A stretch of 64,000 bases of DNA. Source: an uncultured Phycisphaeraceae bacterium. Lineage in GTDB: Bacteria; Planctomycetota; Phycisphaerae; UBA1845. Location: positions 2,322 to 66,321 of the forward strand of contig CAZYLK010000006.1 of the NCBI GenBank assembly GCA_964648365.1, written 5' to 3'. How positions within the stretch are numbered: the stretch's first letter is position 1; each line of letters starts with the position of its first letter. Of this stretch, positions 1-8,671 are shown in pieces. The notes under the pieces were generated by a model. That model saw only the letters and a program-made list of their open reading frames with translations. It was not told the origin of the DNA and did not search any database. The translations under genes and the position numbers were made by a program.

Positions 1-1
1 G

Positions 2-421
2 GTCGGCGGCATTGCGCTGATGCGGTACGGATACGGCTGGGTCGAACAGCAGCGCATGACGCACCTGGTCACGCCCTATTACGTCGATCTGGCCGGCTGG
101 CTGATGGCCGGGGCCGGGGCGTATCTGCTGCTGCGCCGCCGCGGAGCGACCGTCGATCGGCGACGCGGCACGGTCCAGCGCTGGTGGGGGCTGGCAGGGC
201 TGCCGCTGATTCGCCTCACGCACGCCCTGGCCGCCGACGCGGTGCATATGGAACGCCGCCGCATCTACTATCGCAAGGCGCGGGTCGTCTACTACCCGAT
301 CAGCCTGGTCAAGGGCGGCCGGCGGCTCAAGCTGGCCGTCGGGTTCAACTACGACAAGACCCGCCGCATCGCGGAAGCCCTGGCGTCGTTTCTGGGGGTG
401 CGGTTTCAGAGTGCTTGTTGA
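2..421 (+). CDS. hypothetical protein, 5'-partial (frame open to left window edge)
   Basis: The ORF track lists 20..421, and the same frame has no stop back to nt 2. There is one hydrophobic stretch (LAGWLMAGAGAYLLL). No family motif was recognised. Confidence 0.4.
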   Translation, partial: VGGIALMRYGYGWVEQQRMTHLVTPYYVDLAGWLMAGAGAYLLLRRRGATVDRRRGTVQRWWGLAGLPLIRLTHALAADAVHMERRRIYYRKARVVYYPISLVKGGRRLKLAVGFNYDKTRRIAEALASFLGVRFQSAC

Positions 422-464
422 GAATGGAATAACGAATAGCGAATGGCGAATAACGAATGAAGAG
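422..464 (+). repeat. Family-1 heptad-periodic AT-rich array, copy a (GAATGGAATAACGAATAGCGAATGGCGAATAACGAATGAAGAG)
   Basis: Read directly from the sequence. It is built of 7-nt units (ATAACGA/ATAGCGA/ATGGCGA). It begins 1 nt after the TGA (419-421) of the preceding ORF. Confidence 0.85.
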
Positions 465-663
465 CGGCCGGGTCGCCTGACTCCATCCACCCAGTCTCCC
501 AGCATGTGATTCTGGATTCGCACCGCAAGCCCATCGCATTCGCGTCGTCCGCGTCGCCGTTCCACCCCATCGGAGCGCAGAGGTCACGATCCCCAGCCAC
601 CTTCCGGAGGCCCACCCGTTTTCGAGACGGGGGCGGCGCCGACCGCCGCTTTACGCTCCTCGC

Positions 664-705
664 GAGGAATAACGAATGGCGAGTGGCGAATAACGAATGA
701 AGAAG
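664..705 (+). repeat. Family-1 heptad-periodic array, copy b
   Basis: GAGGAATAACGAATGGCGAGTGGCGAATAACGAATGAAGAAG is near-identical to copy a and in direct orientation. Confidence 0.85.
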
Positions 706-814
706 TAAGGATGCACGCGACATGAGATCGAGCAACACCACTGGAAACGTGCTCTCGATTAGGTTTGACACTCGACGCTGCCAATGTCGGCACCCTTAGG
801 GTACGTCATCCGTT

Positions 815-852
815 CTTCATTTGTCATTCGCTATTCGTTATTCGCCATTCAC
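815..852 (-). repeat. Family-1 heptad-periodic array, copy c (inverted)
   Basis: The reverse complement reads GTGAATGGCGAATAACGAATAGCGAATGACAAATGAAG. It forms an inverted pair with copy b around a core of about 110 bp. It ends about 10 nt from the tRNA 3' end. Confidence 0.85.
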
Positions 853-861
853 TGTCTCACC

Positions 862-951
862 GGACGGCAGAGGAGTCGAACCTCACACTTTCCTTGCGGC
901 GTGCCATCTCCTTAGCAGAGAGCGGCGGGCTCCACGCCCGCTTTACCGTCC
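862..951 (-). tRNA. tRNA-Ser(GCU)-like gene, class II (long variable arm), atypical stem geometry
   Basis: The minus strand reads GGACGGTAAAGCGGGCGTGGAGCCCGCCGCTCTCTGCTAAGGAGATGGCACGCCGCAAGGAAAGTGTGAGGTTCGACTCCTCTGCCGTCC. The acceptor is GGACGGT/GCCGTCC, the T-loop is TTCGACT, and the anticodon loop is CTGCTAA. The discriminator is G and CCA is not encoded. The fold was done by hand, and mismatches in the anticodon and T stems lower confidence. Confidence 0.5.
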
Positions 952-1298
952 ACACCAAACGCGTTGGAACGCTATCGGAGAGCGGACGAAAGCGTCCCGC
1001 GATTCACAGGAAGGCAGCGGGCTCGATGCCCAGACGCCGAAGCGCCCGGCGCATCGATCGCCCGACGCTCGGGGCGTCTCTCCCGCCTTCGCGGCGGAGG
1101 CCGCGCCACCGCGGCTATGCCTTCCACACACTGTTGCATGCCTCAAGGGCGCGCCTCAACGCTCCCTGGCTGCGGATCGATGCATACGTCAACGATGACA
1201 AGCAACCGAGTCCACGGCTGCCTGAGCGCGTGATGCGCGCAGCGGCACCGGAAACGTGGCTTCGCCGCGACAACGGCCACCATCGAAACTCAGACAAC

Positions 1299-1332
1299 AA
1301 AAAAAACCGGCCGACCTTGTGAGGCCGACCGG
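1299..1332 (-). terminator. intrinsic terminator downstream of the FHA gene
   Basis: On the minus strand CCGGTCGGCC-TCACAA-GGTCGGCCGG forms a 10-bp stem (two G:U pairs) followed by T8. It lies about 210 nt after the stop at 1540. Confidence 0.7.
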
Positions 1333-1539
1333 CTTTGATGTTACGCGTTCTGATCAGGCGTTACTGCTCAGCGCGCCACCTCCCCGGACGACCTTGTGGG
1401 TCGCGACTGGACCGGGACGATGAACTCGAAGAACGCAACGCGATCATGATGAACAATTATGTCACACAAAACAGGACGTGTCAAGTCCCGCGCACAGGAA
1501 TTTCCGGATCGGGCAGCGACCCTGGGCCGACGCTCCCCT

Positions 1540-2637
1540 CTACTCCCGCCGCCGTGAAATGTCCATGTGACACTGCGTCAGCATCTCGTGGAAACGGGTC
1601 AGATCGTGCAGCAGGCCGCGCATGGCGGCGTCGCGGGCGTCGAGTTCGGCGATGCGCCGCGAGAGGTTCGTCTGGGCGTCGGTCAGCGTACCGCCGCGAT
1701 CGACGATGTCGAGCTTCCACTTGTTCAGCCGCGCCCAGGTCCGGTTGAGCGCATCCTTCAGGTCGGCCAGGCGTCGGCCCACGTCGGCGTCGCCGACGTC
1801 GCGCAGCGGTTCCGGCGACGGTTCGGGCGCCAGGGTGATCGCCGGGGCCGCGACCTCAGGCCGCGCCGCGTCAGATTCTCGCGTGGGCGCGGCCGGGGCA
1901 TGCTCCGGGAACTCAACCACCTCCGGCGCCTCAAACTCCGCCGGTTGGACGGTCAGCTTCTGACCGCCAAGCTGAAAAGCGTCGCCGATGGCCAGCGGCG
2001 CCACCCGCGCCGGCCAGCCATTCACGAGCACGTCGCCGCCCGCGCCGAGATCCTGCACGTACCAGTGGTCGCCGCTGCAAAACAGCAGCGCGTGGACCTC
2101 GCGCACCTGGTCATCGTCAAGCGTGATCGCCAGGCCCTCCTTGCGGCCGACGGCGCCCGCCGGGCGGGTCAACCGCCAGGCGCGGCCGTCCTCGCGGCAC
2201 AGCACCAGCGGCACCCGCGCCCGCAGGGGCGGCGCCACCGGACCGGCAATGCTCCGCCGATGGAACACGGGCCGCCGGGCGTTCGCCCGGGCAATGATCT
2301 CGACCAGGAACTCCGTGTCGCCGGCGCGGACCGTATCGCGATGATTCAGATGAACGAGCCGGATGCGCCCGCCGTTGCGGACGGTGCCCCCGTCGGTACA
2401 CAGATCGAACAGAAGGACGTTGTCGCCGGCGCAGATCACTGCGCAGTGCGCCTCGGCCACGCTGTGATGGTGAATGACGATATGGGCCGGACGCCGCGAC
2501 CCGATGATGGTGGCGGGGCGCTTGAGCAGCCAGGTACGGGGATTGGCCCCGTCGAACCCGGTGGTCAGACGCACCGTCGGTGCATCGGCCGGTAATTCGA
2601 CCGCTACCTCGTTACGCGCAAGACCCGACCCCGACAT
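1540..2637 (-). CDS. FHA domain-containing protein (two FHA cores plus a coiled-coil C-terminus)
   Basis: Two FHA-like cores are visible: GSRRPAHIVI..VAEAHCAV..LFDLCTDGGTVRNG and GRKEGLAITL..VREVHALL..VQDLGAGGDVLVNG. Confidence 0.75.
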   Translation of the reverse strand: MSGSGLARNEVAVELPADAPTVRLTTGFDGANPRTWLLKRPATIIGSRRPAHIVIHHHSVAEAHCAVICAGDNVLLFDLCTDGGTVRNGGRIRLVHLNHRDTVRAGDTEFLVEIIARANARRPVFHRRSIAGPVAPPLRARVPLVLCREDGRAWRLTRPAGAVGRKEGLAITLDDDQVREVHALLFCSGDHWYVQDLGAGGDVLVNGWPARVAPLAIGDAFQLGGQKLTVQPAEFEAPEVVEFPEHAPAAPTRESDAARPEVAAPAITLAPEPSPEPLRDVGDADVGRRLADLKDALNRTWARLNKWKLDIVDRGGTLTDAQTNLSRRIAELDARDAAMRGLLHDLTRFHEMLTQCHMDISRRRE

Positions 2638-2808
2638 CGCTCGACCCCATCCCTACCCTGCAAGTGCTTCCTTCCATCATCCCCGACCGCGGCGCTGCAA
2701 ACCGGACGCGCTCGCGACGAGGCCGTGCCGACCAGAGTCAAGCGTACGATTCGCCCTTCGTCGCGGCCACCCTTGATCGCGGCGGCCCGTCCGATTAGTT
2801 CACCGTAC

Positions 2809-3549
2809 ATGTCAACGCCCGCTGAACGCCCGCGGATCCTGCTGACCAACGACGACGGCATCGCGGCGCCCGGGCTGCGCGCCCTGTTTGAAGCCGCCCG
2901 CGCGTTGGGGGACGTCGAGGTCGTCGCACCCGGCACGGAGCGGTCCGCATGCAGCCATACTCTGACGCTGCACCGCCCGATCGAGGTGCGGCGCGTCACC
3001 CACGAGCCGTTCGGCCCGGTGTACACGGTCGATGGAACGCCCGCGGACTGCGTCCGGCTGGCCATCGCTGAACTGCTGCCCCAGCCGCCGGACCTCGTGC
3101 TGTCCGGGATCAATCGCGGCGCCAATTCCGGCGTGGATGTTTATTATTCGGGCACGGTGGCCGGCGCTCGCGAGGCCGCGATTCTCGGCGTCGCCAGCAT
3201 CGCGCTGTCGCAGGCGATACTTAAGGACGTCGACATCGACTGGCGAGCCGCCACGCGGGCGGCCGTCGCCGTGATTGCCGACCTCCTGCCCAGGGTCCAT
3301 ACGGCACCGGCCTTCTGGAACGTCAACTTCCCGCCGCGGATCCCCGATGCCGTCATGGAACACGTCCGGCACGTACCAGTCGCGCCGGGCGCAGGTCCGC
3401 TCACGTTCTCGCGCCAGCCGCGTGAGGCCGGCGTCGTGGAGTTTCGTTACGGCGGTGGCTACTGGGACCGTCGTACGCCGCTGGACACGGATTATGAGGT
3501 CATTCGCGCCGGCGGGATCGCCGTCACGGCGCTCGGACTGTGGGGCTGA
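2809..3549 (+). CDS. surE: 5'/3'-nucleotidase SurE
   Basis: SurE signatures are present: RILLTNDDGIAAPGL, SGINRGANSG and YSGTVAGAREA. The start is placed at ATG 2809, whereas the listed ORF begins at 2725. Confidence 0.85.
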   Translation: MSTPAERPRILLTNDDGIAAPGLRALFEAARALGDVEVVAPGTERSACSHTLTLHRPIEVRRVTHEPFGPVYTVDGTPADCVRLAIAELLPQPPDLVLSGINRGANSGVDVYYSGTVAGAREAAILGVASIALSQAILKDVDIDWRAATRAAVAVIADLLPRVHTAPAFWNVNFPPRIPDAVMEHVRHVPVAPGAGPLTFSRQPREAGVVEFRYGGGYWDRRTPLDTDYEVIRAGGIAVTALGLWG

Positions 3550-3815
3550 GGTCCGCCCCAGGCGGCGTGCGCGGCACGCGCCGCACGCCTCACCGGCTCA
3601 CGGCCTGCCGGCGCGCATGACGTGGGTCGAACGATTCATGCACACAGCGGTACGTCCGCGCCCCCAATAAAGGGGGCGCCGCGCGTTCCGTTGAACGCGG
3701 GCGCCGGGAATCGCGGAGCGAGATCGAGCACGTTTGGCCCCGCCATCCGCCCACCGCGCGAACCTGGGCGAGCCAGGCGCGGTCGTGTGCCGAGGCGGCG
3801 CGCGGCGGCGCCGGA

Positions 3816-4322
3816 TCAATACTCGTCGTACGGCTTGCTGTTCTCGTCCTGGTCGTCCGTGTTGGCGATGATGTCGCCGGTCAGATAGTTGTAGCACCAG
3901 CCCATCGTGGTCTTGGTCTCGTCAATGGCGGGACCAGTGTTCTGCATGTCCACGCCGGCCGCACCCTTGTTGGGGCCGACCTCGAGCGGCGGGAAGCCGC
4001 TGCCGCGCAGATATGGACCGTAGATGTGCGTGCCGGCGACGTTGCCGACGACGCCGTTGATGTCCGTCTTGTCCATGAGCTGTTCCTTGAGCGTCGCTTC
4101 GAGGCCGTCGGCGCCCGGCAGCGACCCGCCATGCTCGGCGGCGTACAGGTCGATGGCGTTGCGCAGTGCCGCCAGACTCCCTCGCACGGCCGCGTCGCCG
4201 GCGCCCTTGGCGCCGCGGCTGATGCGCGGAACGGCGATGGCGGCAATGACGCCGATGATGACAATGACGATGACGACTTCGACCAGGCTGAACGCTCGTT
4301 TGTGCTGTGCGGAAACGGTCAT
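3816..4322 (-). CDS. prepilin-type N-terminal cleavage/methylation domain protein (pilin/pseudopilin)
   Basis: The N-terminus KRAFSLVEVVIVIVIIGVIAAIAVP has Glu at +5 followed by a hydrophobic helix. It is the last gene of the pil-like operon. Confidence 0.8.
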   Translation of the reverse strand: MTVSAQHKRAFSLVEVVIVIVIIGVIAAIAVPRISRGAKGAGDAAVRGSLAALRNAIDLYAAEHGGSLPGADGLEATLKEQLMDKTDINGVVGNVAGTHIYGPYLRGSGFPPLEVGPNKGAAGVDMQNTGPAIDETKTTMGWCYNYLTGDIIANTDDQDENSKPYDEY

Positions 4323-4432
4323 CTTGATTCTTCTCGCGAAACCCAGGAAACCCCGTCGTCAGCGCGCTCGCGCTCACGATTGCTGATTGAGTATCGACGC
4401 CGCCCCCCGCCCCCTTTAAGGCCGATCACTTA

Positions 4433-5014
4433 TCAGCCCTGCGGTTTGCTTTTCGGATGCACCAGCAGCGCGACATTGCCGTCCTGACACGCGAATTCGG
4501 CTCGACCGGCCGCCGGATCGATCGTGATCAGGCGGCATTCGTCGAGCGTATCGCCCTCGCGCAGTCGGGAATCATCCACGACGGCCACCGCCCGCCCCTC
4601 GTAGGTCAGGACGGCGAGCAGGCGATGCTTCGCGTTGTTGAATCGCTCCAGGCCGGTCAGCTCAGGCTCGGCCCGCATCCCGCGCGGCCCGCGCCCCCCC
4701 CCGGTTCCCTTGCCCCACAGACGTTCGTAAATCGGAGCGGGCATTTCGAACAAATCGCGACGATCGATGCCGGGGTCATACGGCGGCAGGGCGCGCGGAA
4801 AGGGCAACTCGGGAATCGCGGTTCCGCCGGCCGCCATGGCAAACGTGGCCGTGCCGCTTACGCCTGACAGCGCCGCCGGTCGCGCCCGCCGTTCAGATGC
4901 GGCGGCCTCGTCCGGGCCGGTCGTCTTGCCGCCGAACATCAGCTTGTCGGTCGCAAGCGCCGTCAGGGCGCCGCCGAGGATGATCGCGTACAATCTCTTC
5001 TTGCGGTCGTTCAC
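4433..5014 (-). CDS. PilP/GspC-like pilus assembly protein (putative)
   Basis: It has one TM (LYAIILGGALTALATDKLMF) and a C-terminal beta-rich segment (RLLAVLTYEGRAVAVVDDSRLREGDTLDECRLITIDP). It follows pilO in the operon. A GTG at 5014 is preferred because the listed ORF (to 5167) overlaps pilO. Confidence 0.45.
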   Translation of the reverse strand: MNDRKKRLYAIILGGALTALATDKLMFGGKTTGPDEAAASERRARPAALSGVSGTATFAMAAGGTAIPELPFPRALPPYDPGIDRRDLFEMPAPIYERLWGKGTGGGRGPRGMRAEPELTGLERFNNAKHRLLAVLTYEGRAVAVVDDSRLREGDTLDECRLITIDPAAGRAEFACQDGNVALLVHPKSKPQG

Positions 5015-5033
5015 GTACCACCCCGATCGTAAC

Positions 5034-5669
5034 TTACGGCCGCGCGATCGGCGGCGCCGCCTCCGGCAGGAGCGGTCGCGAGGTCGCCGGAAGGGCGGCG
5101 GCGGAAGAGGGCTCCAGTCCGGATGAAAAGAGGCTGATGGCGAAGGCCACCGCCTGGAGGTCTTCATCCGCGCCCGGCGACGGCTGCGATTCTTTGATGC
5201 TCAGATAACTGACGTCGGTCCAGAAGGGATTACGCTCCAGATCGCGCAGGAACGCCAGCACGTCGGGCATCCGTCCGACCGCCTCGCACGAATAGCGCAG
5301 CTCCAGCAGGCCGGGGTACTCCTGTCTCGGCAGCGGAACGATGCGCGCGACGCGCACGTTGTTCTTGCGCAGCAGTTCGTTCAGCGTGCCCAGATCGGAC
5401 TCGACCGGTGTGCGCGACGGCATGGCCCCTTCACGCTGAAGGCGGTCTTCGAGCACGCCCAGATCCTGCCGGCGGCTGTCCAGCGTCGCCGAGATTTCCG
5501 CCAGTTCGGACCGCAACTGCCGCAGCGCCTGGCTGCGCGTCTCAACCTCCTTGAGGCTGGTCATCTGCGGACCGCTGACGTACCAGATCACCGTGCCGAT
5601 GAGGCCGGCGGCGATCAGCGCGCCCGCCGCGTCGATCCCGATGATGGACATGGAGGAGTACTTGGACAT
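5034..5669 (-). CDS. pilO: type IV pilus assembly protein PilO-like
   Basis: It has a single N-terminal TM plus a coiled coil (LRQLRSELAEISATLDSRRQDL). It sits after pilN, and its ATG at 5669 shares one nt with the pilN stop (TGATG). Confidence 0.6.
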   Translation of the reverse strand: MSKYSSMSIIGIDAAGALIAAGLIGTVIWYVSGPQMTSLKEVETRSQALRQLRSELAEISATLDSRRQDLGVLEDRLQREGAMPSRTPVESDLGTLNELLRKNNVRVARIVPLPRQEYPGLLELRYSCEAVGRMPDVLAFLRDLERNPFWTDVSYLSIKESQPSPGADEDLQAVAFAISLFSSGLEPSSAAALPATSRPLLPEAAPPIARP

Positions 5670-6322
5670 CACCACCCGCAGACCAGCTCGAACCGATACA
5701 GATCAAAATCCACCGGCACGCCGCGCAGCGACGGCTCCTGGACGGAGCTGCGCAGCGTCACTTCATCAAACACGCCGGTTCCCTTAAGCCCGCGCATCAG
5801 TTCCAGAATCGACTGCTGGCGGCTCGAGAAACCCTGGATCACCAGGCGCCGCGGCGCCTCGATGATCACCCGCTGCCCCGATGCGGCCGGGGCGACATTC
5901 GTCCGCGCACTTCCCCCCAGGGTCATCTGTCCGCTCGTGGCCCGCGATCCGCCCGGCATCGCCGGATCGGTCGACAGCGACGTCAGCCACATGTCCTCGG
6001 GCGCGACCCGACCGATCATCGCAATCAGCGCCGTCCACGATCGCTTGCCGCGCAGCGCGGCCGCCGCGTCGATCTGATTCGTCACCTCCGCGATCGACGT
6101 CGTGACCGTGATCAACTCGGCCTGGACGTCGTTGTAACGCGTCTGCGTGGTCCGCAGTTCCGAACTCAGCGAGGCGGCGCGGGCGTGCGCGGATATCCCC
6201 GAGGCCAGGGGAACCAGCGCCACGACCCCCGTCGTGCCGATGATGATGCCCCAGCGGGTCAGGTGCCGGCGCCGTCGTCGCGTCAGCGTCTGCTGTTTCG
6301 GGATGAGGTTGACGGCAATCAT
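5669..6322 (-). CDS. pilN: type IV pilus assembly protein PilN-like
   Basis: The N-terminal AVNLIPKQ resembles the PilN INLLP-type motif and is followed by a basic patch and one TM. It overlaps the pilM stop by 4 nt. Confidence 0.7.
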   Translation of the reverse strand: MIAVNLIPKQQTLTRRRRRHLTRWGIIIGTTGVVALVPLASGISAHARAASLSSELRTTQTRYNDVQAELITVTTSIAEVTNQIDAAAALRGKRSWTALIAMIGRVAPEDMWLTSLSTDPAMPGGSRATSGQMTLGGSARTNVAPAASGQRVIIEAPRRLVIQGFSSRQQSILELMRGLKGTGVFDEVTLRSSVQEPSLRGVPVDFDLYRFELVCGW

Positions 6323-7422
6323 GGCACGTCGGCCTCCAGCGCCAGCCCGACCGCGGTCAGGCAGCGTTCCAGCGGCACGCGGCTCTCAGTCTCCAGCCCC
6401 AGCCGGCAGCCGGGCGCGTTGAGGTAGTCTCCCGGACGCTTGACTGGGATGCCGTGACTCTTGCCCAGAAACTCGGCCAGCCCGCGCATGCAGGCGCCGC
6501 CGCCGCACAGAATGAGATCTGCGGCCCGGGCCTTGGGGTAGCAACTCAGCACATACGAATAGGAGCGCTCGATCTCATCCACCAGTTTGGCCAGCGTCGG
6601 GCGCATCACGCCGAACAGCATCGCGGCGACCTCGCGGCTGGGCGTCGGCCCGTCGCCGGACTGTCGCACCCCGCGCGAGGAGGGTGCGATGCCGTGGTCG
6701 CACTTGTGTACTTCCGCCGCGTCCCAGGAGAGCTTCATTTCGTCTGCGATGCGCTGCGACCAGACGTGCCCGCCCGGACCGGCGCTGCGGGCGAGCACCG
6801 GCGTTTCGCCCAGACACAGCACGAGCCGCGACTGCCGCGCCCCCAGATCCAGCACGCCCCAGACTTCGGCCGGGCCAAACTCGTGAAGATAAAGCCCCGC
6901 CCGGTTCAGCGCGACCGGGCCGACGTCCACCCGTGTACATTCCAGCCCGGCGAGATGACACGCCTGGCTGACTCGATTCACGGCGGTGTGCGCGGCGGCG
7001 ATGCCGATCACGTTGGGCGCGCGGCCGGCGCCGTGCGGAATCTCCCAGTGCGCCGTCTCCACGTCGGCCAGGCTTGAGGAGGCAAGCCGCTTGATCTCCC
7101 AGTGGACGATGTCGTCCACTTCGTTCTCGGGATAGTTCGCCAGGCTCGGTAGCTCGATGGCGTGCAGTTCAATGTCCGGCGGACCCAGTTGGGCGACGAC
7201 CCGACGCCCCTTGAACGTGCCCCGCTCAATGCACTCCATGATCCATTGGGAAAGCTCGGCCGCGTCTTCCTTCTCCGGCGCCGCGGCGCGCCGCGTTTCG
7301 ACCATCTCAGTGACGAGCCACCGATCGGCGGTGCGGCGCAACTGCACCGCCCGCGCGGCCGTGGGTGAAATGTCCAGAGCCACACGCGACTGCTTCAGTG
7401 ATGGACGCAATAGAGCAATCAA
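6319..7422 (-). CDS. pilM: type IV pilus assembly ATPase-fold protein PilM
   Basis: The pattern is actin/FtsA-like (ALDISPTAARAVQL near the N-terminus, LILCGGGACMRGLAEFL near the C-terminus). It is 367 aa and lies directly upstream of pilN. Confidence 0.75.
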   Translation of the reverse strand: MIALLRPSLKQSRVALDISPTAARAVQLRRTADRWLVTEMVETRRAAAPEKEDAAELSQWIMECIERGTFKGRRVVAQLGPPDIELHAIELPSLANYPENEVDDIVHWEIKRLASSSLADVETAHWEIPHGAGRAPNVIGIAAAHTAVNRVSQACHLAGLECTRVDVGPVALNRAGLYLHEFGPAEVWGVLDLGARQSRLVLCLGETPVLARSAGPGGHVWSQRIADEMKLSWDAAEVHKCDHGIAPSSRGVRQSGDGPTPSREVAAMLFGVMRPTLAKLVDEIERSYSYVLSCYPKARAADLILCGGGACMRGLAEFLGKSHGIPVKRPGDYLNAPGCRLGLETESRVPLERCLTAVGLALEADVP

Positions 7423-7450
7423 ACTTGAACCATCCTCGGGTTCCGATGCC

Positions 7451-8671
7451 TCATCCGATGGCCGCCGTCATGTCGAACAGCGGAAGGAAGAGCGACACGG
7501 CCACCGTTCCGACCACCAGGCCCATGATCAGGAGGATCATCGGCTCAAACAGACGGGTGATCGTACCGATCAGCTCCGCATTATCGTCCTCCAGCGACTG
7601 GGCGCAGAAGCTGATCGCAGGGCCGAGATTGCCGCTCTCCTCGCCCGTGTGAACGGAGTAGTAGATCGACGGACTGATAAAACCCGACCGCATCAGAGCG
7701 GCACTGATCTGGTCACCGGCGGTCACCGAACCTTCGATGTCATGAATCAGCTTCTGAAAACGGGCGTTGGAGGTCACGCCCCGGCAGAGTTCGAGGGCCT
7801 CAAGCAGTCCGACGCGACACTCAATCAGCGTGCCCAGGGTCCGAAACAACTGCCCCTGGATCAGCCGGGACGCGAGCCGCCCGAACAGGGGGACTTCCGT
7901 CTGAACGTTGATCAGAAACTGCCGCCCCGCCGCTGACGCCAGGCCGACGGTGATCGCGATGATGAACGTGCCGGCGCCGACCACGAGCCACTCCCAGTAG
8001 GCCCGCAGCGACGTGGACACATGGAGCAGGAACTCGGTCGAAGCCGGCAGGTCGAGCCGCAGCGTCTCGAACATCCCCGCAAAGCGCGGGATCACGAACA
8101 GCAGCAGCACCAGCAGCACTTTCGTACACAGAAACGTCAGAAACGCGGGATAGGCCAGGGCGCCGATGATCTTGTTCCGCAGCGCCCGCCGCCGCCCCAG
8201 AATGCCGCACAGCCGTTCAAACATGTCGGGCAACGTCGCGCTGGCCTCACCGGCGGCAATCACGGCGCGGTAGCTGGGCTCGAACGAGCGCGGGTGCTTG
8301 CCCATCGCGTCCGCCAGCGGCGCGCCCTGCTCCAGATCTGAAATAAGCTGATTTACAATGGCAATGTGCCCGGGCTTGCGCAACTGCCTGCGCACCGCGG
8401 TCAGGGCCGGCACGACGCCGGCGCCCGATTTGAGCAGCATGGCCATCTGCTTGGTCAGAAAGAGAAGCGGCTTCAGCGTCAGTCGCGCATCGGCGGCCCG
8501 GCGACGCCCACGCGCAGGCGCCGCGCGAGGCTTGCTGGCGGCCGGCGTGATCTCTGTAACCAGCAGGCCGCTGCGCCGCAGCTTTTCGACAGCTTCGCGG
8601 ACGTCGCCGGCCTCGATCACGTCGGTGACGCGCTTGCCGGACGGGTCGAGCGCCTGGTAGGTCAGGTTCAC
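7451..8671 (-). CDS. pilC: type II secretion system F family protein (PilC/GspF)
   Basis: It has two T2SS-F repeats with interspersed TM segments and a GEESGNLG motif. Its GTG start overlaps the pilB stop (GTGA). Confidence 0.9.
   Translation of the reverse strand: MNLTYQALDPSGKRVTDVIEAGDVREAVEKLRRSGLLVTEITPAASKPRAAPARGRRRAADARLTLKPLLFLTKQMAMLLKSGAGVVPALTAVRRQLRKPGHIAIVNQLISDLEQGAPLADAMGKHPRSFEPSYRAVIAAGEASATLPDMFERLCGILGRRRALRNKIIGALAYPAFLTFLCTKVLLVLLLFVIPRFAGMFETLRLDLPASTEFLLHVSTSLRAYWEWLVVGAGTFIIAITVGLASAAGRQFLINVQTEVPLFGRLASRLIQGQLFRTLGTLIECRVGLLEALELCRGVTSNARFQKLIHDIEGSVTAGDQISAALMRSGFISPSIYYSVHTGEESGNLGPAISFCAQSLEDDNAELIGTITRLFEPMILLIMGLVVGTVAVSLFLPLFDMTAAIG

Noticed and set aside
495-705. 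Possible tmRNA. GATTCTGGATTCG at about 507-520 resembles the 5' tRNA-like part of ssrA, and the ORF end ARNNEWRVANNE* looked like a tag peptide.
   Set aside because: There is no GGGG-type acceptor 5' strand, and no T-arm or acceptor 3' strand downstream on this strand. The supposed tag is simply family-1 repeat copy b, which recurs at three other loci, and it ends in Glu rather than a hydrophobic xAA terminus.
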